Below, one piece after another: positions 47,199-59,000 of a stretch of 64,000 bases of DNA; the first letter of the stretch is position 1, and the number at the start of each line of letters is the position of its first letter. A model generated the notes under the pieces. That model was given only the letters and a program-made list of their open reading frames with translations. It had not been told where the DNA came from and did no database searches. The position numbers were made by a program, and so were the translations under genes. The DNA comes from Macrostomum lignano. Taxonomy: Eukaryota. The stretch spans positions 186,001 through 250,000 of the forward strand of contig NIVC01000249.1 of assembly GCA_002269645.1 (NCBI GenBank). The letters run 5' to 3'.

Positions 47199-48062
47199 CT
47201 AATAGCCGCCCACCAGCTCGTCGTCATCGTCATCGTCGTCTTCGTCGTCGTCCTCGACTCCAATGTCAGCAACGGCCGCCAAGTTCCGGCCGCCAGCGCC
47301 ACCTGCGACATCGAACCGCAGCTGGCCGTTGCCGCCTCCAGCTTCCACATCATCCTCATCATCATCATCATCATCGTCGTCATCGTCGTCGTCCGAGCCG
47401 TTCCCGTAGAAGCCGCCAGCCAGCGGGTCGTCGTCGCCGTCGTCGACGTCCTCGCCGGTGTACAGCTGCCGCTCCTCATCGTCCTCGTCGTCTTCGTCGT
47501 CATCGACCGCGTCTGCGACGGCGGCGGTCGAAACGGCAGGCGCTGACGTCCCGGCGCCACGGCCTCGGCCGCGACCCCGGCCGCGCCCGGCGCCCCGTCC
47601 TCGGCCACGACCAGCGCCTCGGCCGCGTCCGCTGCCGCCGCGACTGCCTCGGCCGGAGGCTCCACCGCGACCAACGACAGACGACGGTGCAGCTGCCGCA
47701 GCCGCAGCCTGAGACGGCGACTTCTTGGCCAGCTTGACTGGCGGCGCTTCGTCTTCAGGCGCCGCAGCTGGCGCCGCAACCGCCGCAGGTTGGCGCACCT
47801 GGCCGCGCAACTGGCGCAGGGTGCGCGCTTTGACCAGCTCTGTGACGCGATTCAAATCGGCGCCAAAGCGGCTCACGGCGTCGCGCAGCATGTCGAGCTC
47901 CGCCGCCGACCATTTGCCGCCCCCGCCTCCGCCTGCCGCCTGCTGCTCGTCCGCGTGCAGCTGCCGGGTCAGCTCGGCCAGACGGCCGAACGCCTGGCCG
48001 GCCGAGGCGAAAATGTCCGAGACGACCGCCGCGCTGCTGCTGCCGTTGCCGCCGCCGCTCAT
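47199..48062 (-). CDS. BAP18: BAP18 (C17orf49)-like SANT-domain chromatin subunit with RG-repeat and acidic extensions, intronless CDS
   Basis: VSDIFASAGQAFGRLAELTRQLH..KWSAAELDMLRDAVSRFGADLNRVTELVKARTLRQLR matches recalled BAP18 (VGEIFSAAGAAFTKLGELTMQLH..KWTETEIEMLRAAVKRFGDDL). ATG at 48062. Confidence 0.88.
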   Translation of the reverse strand: MSGGGNGSSSAAVVSDIFASAGQAFGRLAELTRQLHADEQQAAGGGGGGKWSAAELDMLRDAVSRFGADLNRVTELVKARTLRQLRGQVRQPAAVAAPAAAPEDEAPPVKLAKKSPSQAAAAAAAPSSVVGRGGASGRGSRGGSGRGRGAGRGRGRGAGRGRGRGRGRGAGTSAPAVSTAAVADAVDDDEDDEDDEERQLYTGEDVDDGDDDPLAGGFYGNGSDDDDDDDDDDDDEDDVEAGGGNGQLRFDVAGGAGGRNLAAVADIGVEDDDEDDDDDDDELVGGY

Positions 48063-48114
48063 TTGCAGCGGGCCAATGCGGAGCTGCACAGCTGACTGAC
48101 TGGCAGGGGCCCTA

Positions 48115-49415
48115 CTGGGATCTAATCTCATGCCAATCTGCTCTGTAGTGAATCTAATCTCATGATAATAGGATCCTATCTGTATAATCTTTAAATAATA
48201 AGATCTTATTTAGATCTAATCTCATGATAACAAGACCTGAGCTTGATCTAATCTCATGATAATAGGAGCTGTTTGATCTAATCTCATGATAATAGGATCT
48301 GTTTGATCTAATCTCATAATAATAGGAGCTGTTTGATCTAATCTCATGATAATAGGATCTCAGCTTGATCTAATCTCATAATAATAGGATCTGTTTGATC
48401 TAATCTCATGATGATAGGAGCTGTTTGATCTAATCTCATAATAATAGGATCTGTTTGATCTAATCTCATGATAATAGGATCTGTTTGATCTAATCTCATA
48501 ATAATAGGATCTGTTTGATCTAATCTCATGATAATAGGAGCTGTTTGATCTAATCTCATGATAATAGGATCTGTTTGATCTAATCTCATAATAATAGGAG
48601 CTGTTTGATCTAATCTCATGATAATTGGATCTCAGCTTGATCTAATCTCATAATAATAGGATCTGTTTGATCTAATCTCATGATAATAGGATCTGTTTGA
48701 TCTAATCTCATGATAATAGGAGCTGTTTGATCTAATCTCATGATAATAGGATCTCAGCTTGATCTAATCTCATGATAATTGGAGCTGTTTGATCTAATTT
48801 CATGATAATAGGAGCTGTTTCATCTAATCTCATGATAATAGGATCTGTTTGATCTAATCTCATGAAAATAGGATCTCAGCTTGATCTAATCTCATGATAA
48901 TATGATCGCAGCTTGATCTAATCAAATAATAATAGGAGCTATTTGATCTAATTTCATAAAAAAATAGGAGCTGTTTGATCTAATCTCATAATAATATGAT
49001 CGCAGCTTGATCTAATTTCATGATAATTGGAGCTGTTTGATCTAATCTCATGATAATAGGATCTGTTTGATCTAATCTCATGATAATAGGATCTCAGCTT
49101 GATCTAATTTCATGATAATTGGAGCTGTTTGATCTAATCTCATGATAATAGGATCTGTTTGATCTTATCTCATGATAAAAGGATCTCAGCTTGATCTAAT
49201 CTCATGATAACAAGACCTCAGCTTGATCTAATCTCATGATAATAGCTGTTTGATCTAATCTCATGATAATAGGATCTGTTTCATCTAATGTCATGATAAT
49301 AGGATCTGTTTTGATCTAATCTCATAATAATTTGAGCTGCTTGATCTAATCTCATGATAAAAGGACCTCAGCTTGATCTAATCTCATGATAACAAGACCT
49401 CAGCTTGATCTAATC
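48115..49415. repeat. 30-nt minisatellite (TGATCTAATCTCATGATAATAGGATCTGTT)
   Basis: About 43 units upstream of the BAP18-like start, possibly in a 5'UTR intron. Confidence 0.95.
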
Positions 49416-50053
49416 TGATAATAGTAAGAATGATACCAACAAAATATTGCTCTATAATTGCACGAGTAACATTACTGGATGCACTCAGTCTCAAGCTACT
49501 TAGCCAGTACACAGTCGGATTTAAAAAAAAAATTCGTCTGCAAAGCGCCTCTGCAATACATTTAAAGAGAAATGTGAACAATGTATTTCATATCCAGCCA
49601 GCCAGACAAAAAGCAGTTACATAAAAATCCGACATATCAATGCCGACACAGACATAAAAGATAGACTGAAAATATTGATAAAGTTTATTAAGACACTGAA
49701 TAAAAATCTGGACGGAAATGACAATAATTCTATTTAATTAAGTGGATCTGAAGCCTTACAGCGCGTATATAAACTAAATTCCAAACTTTTTTCGCAATTT
49801 TTTACCTACTATGAGTAGTGCTGGGTGACAAAATTTATTTAGAACTATCGCATGTGTAAATAGTTATTTAAAATACAACATAGATTCTCCGCAGCGTACA
49901 TACTACTTAAGCTAGTAGTGTTAAACTATGGGCAGTGGCGGATCAACGCTCCATTGAGTAGGGGGGAGATGAACACGGATCCAGCGAGGTCAGGAAGTGC
50001 AGACAGACTGTTAGATGAGTTGGTGCTCAAAAAATCTTTTTTATTAGAAATCT

Positions 50054-53000
50054 TCATCTTCGTAACGGCGGCCCATGGGGCTCTGGGCTCGGGAGCTGCC
50101 GCCGGACCTCTGCTGCTGCTGGCCTGAGGCTGAGAAGCGGGCTGGGGAGGCGGCCCTGCAATGGGGGTGAGATGGGATCTGATCTGCTGATTCCACTCCA
50201 TTTGATGTGATTGTGGAATCTAATCCCACATTATAGAATCCAATCCCACATTATAGAATCTAATCCCACATTATAGAATCCAATCCCACATTATAGAATC
50301 TAATCCCACTTTATAGAATCTAATCCCACATTATAGAATCTAATCCCACATTATAGAATCTAATCACACATTATAGAATCTAATCCCACATTATAGAATC
50401 TAATCCCACATTATAGAATCTAATCCCACATTATAGAATCTAATCACACACTACGGAATCGAATCTCACACTACAGAATCTATAAAATCTAATCTTACAC
50501 TACGGAATCTATAGAAACTAATCTCACACTACGGACTCTATAGAATCTAATCTCACACTACGGACTCTATAGAATCTAATCTCACACTACGGACTCTATA
50601 GAATCTAATCTCACACTACGGACTTTATAGAATCTAATCTCACACTACGGACTCTATAGAATCTAATCTCACACTACGGAATCTATAGAATCTAATCTCA
50701 CACTACGGACTCTATAGAATCTAATCTCACAGTATAGAATCTAATCTCACACTACAAAATCTAATTTTTTCTTTAGAATTTAAAGACAACGAATTTTTAG
50801 CATATGGGATCTCACACTCTAGAATTCAATCTCACACTACAGAATCTAATCTCAGTCTACACTACCAGAGCATCTCAATCAAAGCTACCTGGCCGCGGCG
50901 CCAATCCTAGCAGCCAGGCGCTCCCGCTCGAAGCGCTCGGCGCAGAGCAGCCGCGCCAGCCGCTCGCTCTCGGCTTCGAGCTCGGCGCAGCGGGAGCGAA
51001 GTCGGCCGGTCTCGCGGGCGCCGGCGTCGGCACGGGCCTCGGCGGCGTCGGCGCGCTCGCGCTCCCGCTCCGCGTCCGAATCGGCCTCCTGGGCGGCGGC
51101 CCGGCAGCGGGCGGCCTCGTCGCGGCATTTGGCCAGGGCGCTGGCCAGACCCAGCCGGGCCTCGCGCTCGTCAGCCAGCGCTGCCTCCGTCCGGCCGGAC
51201 GTGTCCGAAATCTCGGACAGCTGGCCGGCTAGCTGCTCGCGCTCCGATTCGAGCTCGCCACGCTCCGCTTCTAGCTGGTCTTTGTCCGCCTCCAGCTGCT
51301 CTTTGTCGGCCTCCAGCTGGGAGCACAGATCGCGCAGGGCGGCCAGGTCGGCAAAGGCGGCCTGAAGGGGAGCCGGACGGGAGTTGACTGCACATGAATT
51401 CGAACCTGGGTGTGGTGCGCAGCCTATGCGTGTACAATGCCCTTTCTCTTGCTCTCTAGCCAACGTGCTCAGTACCCCAATTTATTGCGTAACTCATAGC
51501 TGCACGTCGGCAGCTGCGTGAATATATATCGCAAATATACGGCTCTTAGAGGCCAAGATTCTTACCCGCCAAGCGGACTACGAGTACTACAATGGCGTCG
51601 CAGCTAAACTTACCAAGCCCAGCGCGCTTGGACCTGCGAACAGACCCCAACACGGCCCAGACTAAATGGAAAAAGTGGTACGCACAATTTGAACTTTTCG
51701 CTGTGGCTGCAAACATCGAAGACAAAAAGCGGCTTCGCCAGCTTCTGCTGTATACAGCCGGAGAGGACTTGCAGTCGATTGCGGCCGGTCTCGGCGACAA
51801 AGAGGCAGCAGGCAAAGACGTCGAAACACTTGTAGCCGCGCTTAACGACTACTTCGACAGCAAGCGGAATCTCCCGTTCACCCGCTATCAGTTCAGGTTG
51901 TGCACACAGCGGTCCGGCGAGCCCATCGACGAATGGCTCCAGCGCCTCAAAGATGCTGCCGACTGCTGCGGCTTCGAGGGCCTCAGAGACTCCCTGATCC
52001 GTGACCAGGTGATCGCCGGCTGCAGTTCAGAGCAGCTTCGCCGCAAGCTGCTAGCGATCGACAATGTCGACCTGGAGCAGGCGCTTCGGGTGGCCAGAGC
52101 CATGGAGACAGCAGAGACTCAGGCAAGCCTCATGGAATCTAACGAGGCGGCGGTACAGCGACTTCGGCTTCGAGACACTGGTGCAGCGGCCTCATCAGCA
52201 GAGCGCCCAGTCAAGGGACCAGCCAAGCAGCAGCCAGGCAAGCAGACCACGTGCATCAGATGCGGAGTCCCGGGCCACCGCACATGCAACGCAGCCAGAG
52301 GCAAGACGTGCGAGCGCTGCGGAAAGCGAAATCACTTGGCGAGGGCCTGCCTCTCCCGGCCGTTGGAAGCCGTCCGCGCCCTGCAGGCCGACAGCGACAG
52401 CTCAGAGCCAGAGGACAGCATCTTCTGTCTGACCGTGGCGGCCACCGGGACGGCTACAGCGGGCGCCCGCACAACAGTGCTCGTCGACTCAACGCAGCTG
52501 GAAGTCCTGGTCGACAGCGGGGCCGACTGCAATATCTTGACAGAGAAAGCCTGGCGGAAACTGCCGCGACCCCCGCCGCTGCAGACAACTCGCACAAAGG
52601 TATTCGCCTTCCGCTCTTCAGAACCGCTCAGCATCCTGGGAGCCTGCAGCCTGCAGGTGACAACCGGCCAAGACAGCCAGGAGGTTCGCTTCATCGTCGT
52701 CCCCGGCGACGGCGTCAACATCCTGGGACGGGAGGCATCAACCTCACTCCGCCTTCTGAGCTTGGGGCCTCAGGTTCGCGCGATCGCAGCAGCCGAGACG
52801 GAGAACGCAGAGACCCTGGCGCTGGCCAAGCGATTTCCGGAGCTCTTCAAAGGCCTCGGAAAGGTCAAGGGTGTTTCGGTTCAGATTGGTATCAAGCCCG
52901 ACGCCAGGCCCGTCTGCCATCCGCCCTCTCGGGTACCAGTGCATCTCAGAGAGGCGCTGGACCGCGAGCTGGACGAGCAAGAGCGCCTGCAGATCATCCA

Positions 53001-56000
53001 GCCAGTAGAAGGCCCCACGCCATGGGTCAGTCGCATCGTCGTGGTACCGAAAGAAGACGGGAAGACCGTGAGGATCACCCAGGATTTGCGAGACGTTAAC
53101 AAGGCGGCCCTGAGGCAACGACACCAAATCCCGACTTTTGAAGAAGCTACCAGCGACATGACGGGGTCGACAATCTTCACCAAGCTCGACATCTTCAAGG
53201 CGTTTCATCAAATTGAGATCAGTGAGGACAGCCGCAAGTACTTCGTCTTCTCAACGCCCCGAGGGATGCGTCAGCTGACACGCCTGAGCATGGGATTCGC
53301 CTCCGCCTCGGAGATCCTGCAGCGCGTCATGCAGCAAGTGCTGGAAGGCCTCACTGGTGTCAAGTGGATCCACGACGACATCATCATCCACAGTCAGGGC
53401 CCTGAAGTTCACCAGGAACATGTGGCAGCCTGCCTGACCAGACTGCGTGACAATGGCATCACCCTGAATGCCAGCAAGTGCCGCTGGGGCATCGGCAAGG
53501 CCAAGTTCATGGCCATGACGCTCTCCAAGTTCGGCATTCAGCCATCAGAAGAGAAAATCGCAGAGCTGCAAGCATTCAAGGATCCACAGTCTGCCAAGGA
53601 AGTCCGGTCGTTTCTCGGCCTGGCCAATCACCTCGAGAAGTTCATGCCGCACCTTGCCGACAAAGCGGAGCCGCTGAGGCGACTAACACGGAAAGGCCAG
53701 GAATTCGTCTGGGACCGCGAGCAGCAGCAGTCCTTCCAGGCCGTCAAGGACTGCATCTCCGAGGGCTGCACGCTGGCCTTCTTCGACAAGCGGCTGCCGA
53801 CCGAGCTGGTGGTCGATGCGTCACCCGTCGGCGTCGGTGCCATTCTGCAGCAGCGGCACCCAAGCGGGCAGACGCGGCCGGTGGCCTACGCGAGCCGCAC
53901 GCTCAGTGACGTCGAACGGCGCTACAGCCAGATCGAGCGCGAGGCCCTGGGCGTCAAGTTCGGCTGCTTGAAGTTCGCGTTTTACCTGGAGGGCTGCCCG
54001 CACTTTGATATCTACACCGACCACAAGCCGCTGCTCGGGATCTACAGAGCAGACTCAAGGCCGCCGCCCCGGCTCGAGCGTATCATGCTGCAGACCCAGC
54101 ACTTCACGTTCACACTGCACTACCGCAAAGGCGAGGACAACCCGGCAGACCCGCTGAGCCGCAATCCGCTGACAAGCGCATCGTCACACAAAGACGAGGC
54201 TGAGGACACCAGACTGTGCAACGCCGTTGTCCAAGCGGCCACCCCAAAGGGCCTGACCGTCGACAGGATCCAGGCTGCGACCGAGAGAGACCCAGCTCTG
54301 GTGGTCGTCATGCGCGCCTTGGAAACAGGAAACTGGAGCTGCGGCGCGGCGAGCCCGGCGCACAGTTTTCGGTCCCTCAAAGACGAACTGAGCGTTCACG
54401 CAGGCCTTCTGCTCCGGGGAAACAGAATCGTGATCCCGGCAGAGCTTCAGCAGCTTACGATCGGTTTAGCGCACCAGGGCCACCTCGGACAGAAGAAGAC
54501 GTGCGACCGACTGCAGCGTAAGGTCTGGTGGCCCGGCATGTCCAAGCAGGTCGAGGCGGTCGTCACTAACTGCCTCCCGTGTCAAGCGGCCCGGACCGAC
54601 GGCGCCGTGAAACACCCGCCGATGCAGCCGACGCCGCTTCCGTCGGGGGCCTGGCAATCGCTCAGCGTCGACGTGTGCGGACCATTCCCAACGGGCGAGA
54701 ACGTAGTTGTCTTGGTGGACTACTTCAGCCGCTACCCGGACCTCTACGTGGTGCGCAGCCTCACCAGCGCCAGCGTCATCAACTGCGTCATTGCCTCATT
54801 CAGCCGCTTCGGTGTGCCGCAGCAGATCACTACGGACAACGCCACCTACTTCACGAGCGAAGAATTCAACGTGTTTCTGGACGGCCTCGGGGTTCGACAG
54901 CGCAGGGTCACCCCACTCTACCCGGCGGCGAACGGCGAGGTGGAGCGCTTCAACCGCAGCCTCAACAAGGCCATCAACGCCGCCACGGCCGAAGGCAACG
55001 ACTGGCGGCGGGCGATCCACGAGTGGCTGCTCGGATACCGCAACTCTGTGCACCGAGGCACCGACCGCACGCCCAACGACCTCATGTTCAACCGAGAGAC
55101 CGGCGACATCCTACCATCTGGCCTGACAAAGCAAACTGGCAGCTCCGGACGGCAGCTGCAGCTCCACGACCGCGGCTACAAGCAGGCGATGCGCAAGGCG
55201 GCCGACACGCGGCGTTCGGCTGCGCCACACGGCATCCTGGCAGGCGCCCGCGTGCTGCTCAGAAACCGCGGCAAGGCCAAGCTGCGCTGTCCGTTCGACC
55301 CGCGGCCTTGGCTTGTCAAGGCAGTCAGCGGCGGCGCCCTGACTCTGCAACGCGGCATGGCAGTCATTCGGCGGCATGTGACCGAGACGAAGCCGCTTCG
55401 TGAGCGCCCCTGGGACCTTGACGAGATGGACGGCGATCAGCGGCCGGGGGCGCCTGTGACAGAGGCAAATTCGGCCAACGACGGTCCGATTGCGCAGAGG
55501 CCTCATCCCAGGACAGCAAAGCAGCCCGTCTGCTACAAGCAGTGACTTGATTCGAACTGAGCTGGAACGCTGTCAAAGATCGGCATGCTTTAATTGTTTA
55601 AGTATTTAATCGTTCGAAATCAAAAAAATTTGACACTGTTTTACTAATTAATTTTTTTTAATCCTTCACGTCGTTTCTTGACCAATTTTCGCAATGAAAT
55701 TTTAAACCCTCTCGTATTGGACTTTTCTTTTGCTTTGGGGGAGAGATGTGGTGCGCAGCCTATGCGTGTACAATGCCCTTTCTCTTGCTCTCTAGCCAAC
55801 GTGCTCAGTACCCCAATTTATTGCGTAACTCATAGCTGCACGTCGGCAGCTGCGTGAATATATATCGCAAATATACGGCTCTTAGAGGCCAAGATTCTTA
55901 CCCGCCAAGCGGACTACGAGTACTACACTGGGGAGTTGGGCGCATGATCTGGGAGGCTGGCCCAGCAACTGAGGATCTGAGAGGTTGGCCCAGCAACTAA

Positions 56001-59000
56001 GGATCTGGGAGGCTGGCCCAGCAACTGAGGATCTGAGAGGTTGGCCCAGCAACTACGGATCTGGGAAGCTGGCCCTGCCACTGAGGATCTGGGAGGCTGG
56101 CCCAGCAACTGAGGATCTGGGAGGCTGGCCCAGCAACTGAGGATCTGGGAGGCTGGCCCAGCAACTAAGGATCAGGGAGGCTAGCCCAGCAACTGAGGAT
56201 CTGGGAGGCTGGCCCAGCAACTGAGGATCTGGGAGGCTGGCCCAGCAACTGAGGATCTGGGAGGCTGGCCCAGCAACTGAGGATCTGGGAGGCTGGCACA
56301 GCATCAAGGCAGAGGTGCAAGCAATCGTCAACACCAACCTGAAGCTCGCCGTGCTGCCTCCTCGCCGAATCCTGCGCCTCTCGCAGCGACCTCTCCAGCG
56401 TGTCGACCTTTGCCGCCAAGTCCGCCGCTGAGCGCCGCGCCTCCTGCGCCTCCGCCTCGCCGTTGTTGGCGCGCTCCCGCGCCCTGGCCAGCTCGGCGTC
56501 GCGCGCCGCCAGATGCTGCCGAAGGGCGCCGTTTTCTGTGGCGGCCTCAGAGCGGTTTCGCTCCGCCTCGGCACTGATGGCGCGGCAGCGCTCGCGCAAC
56601 TCGGCGCCAGCCTCAGTGGCCTCCTCGGCGCGGCGCGACTCCTGCGCCAGCCGGGCCAGAAGCTCTTCGCGCTCCTCCCGAGCCGCTTGCAGTTCGCCGC
56701 GCAATGCGCGAATCTCCCGCGCCGCGGCGGACAAATCCTCGCGCATGCGCGCCGCGTCAGAAGCGGCCGCCTCCGTGCGCCGGCGCTCGGCAGCAGCGGA
56801 ATCCGTGGCGGCCTGGCGCAGCTCGGCCTCGCGCGCAGCCGCCTGGTTGCGCGTCCGCTCGCAGGCCTGGCCGGCTTCGGCCGCTTCGGCGCGAGCTTCC
56901 GCCGCCTCGGCTGCCGCGGCCCGCGCCTCCGCCTCCAGGCTGCGGATCCGGTCGCTGCGGTCCTTCGCTGCGGAATCGGCGGCCGCCTTCTCGTTCTGCC
57001 AGGTGAGGAGGCCATCAAGCAGTGATGAAGCATGCACTCTTAGAATAGGAGTCGGCAAACTCCGGCCCGCGAAGCCTTTCTATCCGGCCCTCGGGTCCTT
57101 TGAAACTTCTGCTCTCCTCCCTCCCCTCTCCCCTCCTCTCCCTGGTGGCCATTCTAGAAAATTGTCGAATTCTCTGACAGGTGCAATTATACAGATGCTA
57201 GTCACCAGACTCAAAAAACCCCTCATCATGCGGCAACTCATTTTAATAATCTGAGATAAAAAATTAAGGGAATCTCTTCCTTAAGAGAGTGGAGTCTCTC
57301 TTAAATGAGAATCGAATTCGAATCTTCAGTTAGTAACTTTCATTTTGCACTACTAGTTAGTAGACAACCTCAGATGTGCAAAGTGAGGAATGTCCAGTCC
57401 GAATCTCTGGTGTTGAGAATGCGGAGCAGTTAAGAGAATCTCTGCCAGGTCTTCCATTAACCAGGTGTCGAGCTAGAGAACCTCAGCGCCAACCCCCGCC
57501 TAACCTGCAGAGCGGCGATAGTGCGGCGCATATCTTCGCGCTCCTCGCGGGCGGCGCGCAGTTCCCTCTGGGCGCGGCCGCACTGATCGTCCAGCTCGTT
57601 TGCGGCCTCCCTGGCCTCGGTGGCCTCCGCCTGCAGCTGCCGGCACTGGCGCTGGGCGGCGTCGGCGGCGGCCGCGGCGGCCTCCTGGGCGGCGTTCGCC
57701 TCGGCGGCGGCCTCAGAACGCTCAGCCAGACAGCGCTGCGCCATCTTCAGCTGCTCCTCTGCGTCTGCGCAGCGCTGCCGGAATGCGGCAGCCCGGGTGG
57801 CCATGTCGTCTCTCTCGGCTGCCGCCTGCGGATGTATGGGATTGGGTGTGAGATACAGTATGGGATGGGTGTGTGGGATAGAGTTTGGGATATAGTGTGG
57901 GATAGGGTGTAGGATATAGTGTGGGATATAGTTTGGGATATAGTGTGGGATATAGTTTAGGATATAGTGTGGGATAGGGTGTGGGATGGGTGTGGGATAT
58001 AGTGTGGGATATAGTGTGGGATATAGTGCAGGATAGGGTGTAGAATATAGTGTGTGATTGTGTGGGATATAGTGTGGGATATAGTGTGGGATAGGGTGTA
58101 GAATATAGTGTGGGATTGTGTGGGATATAGTGTGGGATATAGTGTAGGAGGGGTGTGGGATATAGTGTAGGAGGGGTGTGGGATATAGTGTGGCATGGGT
58201 GTGAGATACACTGTGGAACAGGCTGTGAGAAACAGTGAGGGAAAGTAGCACAAGGTCGTAGCACAGCCGACCTTCCTAGCGGCGGCCATGAGCTCCTCGA
58301 GTCGCTGCTCCAGCCGGGCCCTGTCACCGGAGGCGGTCTCGGCGGCAGCCCGCAGCCTCTCCCGGAGGCTGTCCCGCTCGCTGGCCGTCCGCTGCAGCTC
58401 GGCCAGGGCGTCGTCCCGGTCGGTCTCGGCCCGCTTCTGCGCGGCCTGGGCGGCCAGCGACGGGCCGGAGGCGGAGGCGGCAGCGGAAGCGCCGGCAGAG
58501 GCCAGGAGCTCCCGGCGAGCTCGGGCCAGCTCAGCCTGCGGCAACGGGGTGGTGAATTGAGCAGGGCTGAAACTCGGTCCGGCAAAAGAAATCTTAAAGT
58601 CCCTATCGCCGCAAATCCCTATTTAATCGTTAATCCATCACTATCTTTACAGCCGCCACGACTGTCTTCGACTCGTCTGCAAATATGAAACCTCTTCCTC
58701 CCACCTGCAACTCCTTTTCTCTTTTAACATCAAATCTCCCATTTTATTTTCCTGCCTAAAACATTTTACAGATCACTCTCGTACCAGGCTTCGTTTAACT
58801 AAAGTGTATGTCATCCTTCTCTCTCGCCTCTCCCGCCTTTCCTACCTCTCCCACCTCCCCCACTCTCCCACCTCTCCTACCTCTGCCCCGCCTCTCCCAC
58901 CTCTCCCACCTCCCCCACTCTCCCACCTCTCCTACCTCTGCCCCGCCTCTCCCACCTCTCCCACCTCTCCCACCTCCCCCACTCTCCCACCTCTCCTACC

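Noticed and set aside
49926-50201. 91-aa ORF as the CEP135-like terminal exon frame
   Set aside because: The upstream donor is phase 2, which selects a different frame ending at the stop at 50054-50056.
52064-55576. Numerous alternative-frame and antisense ORFs inside the LTR element, including a possible env
   Set aside because: Shadow ORFs of GC-rich coding sequence; only ~200 bp lie between the pol stop and the 3' LTR, leaving no room for env.
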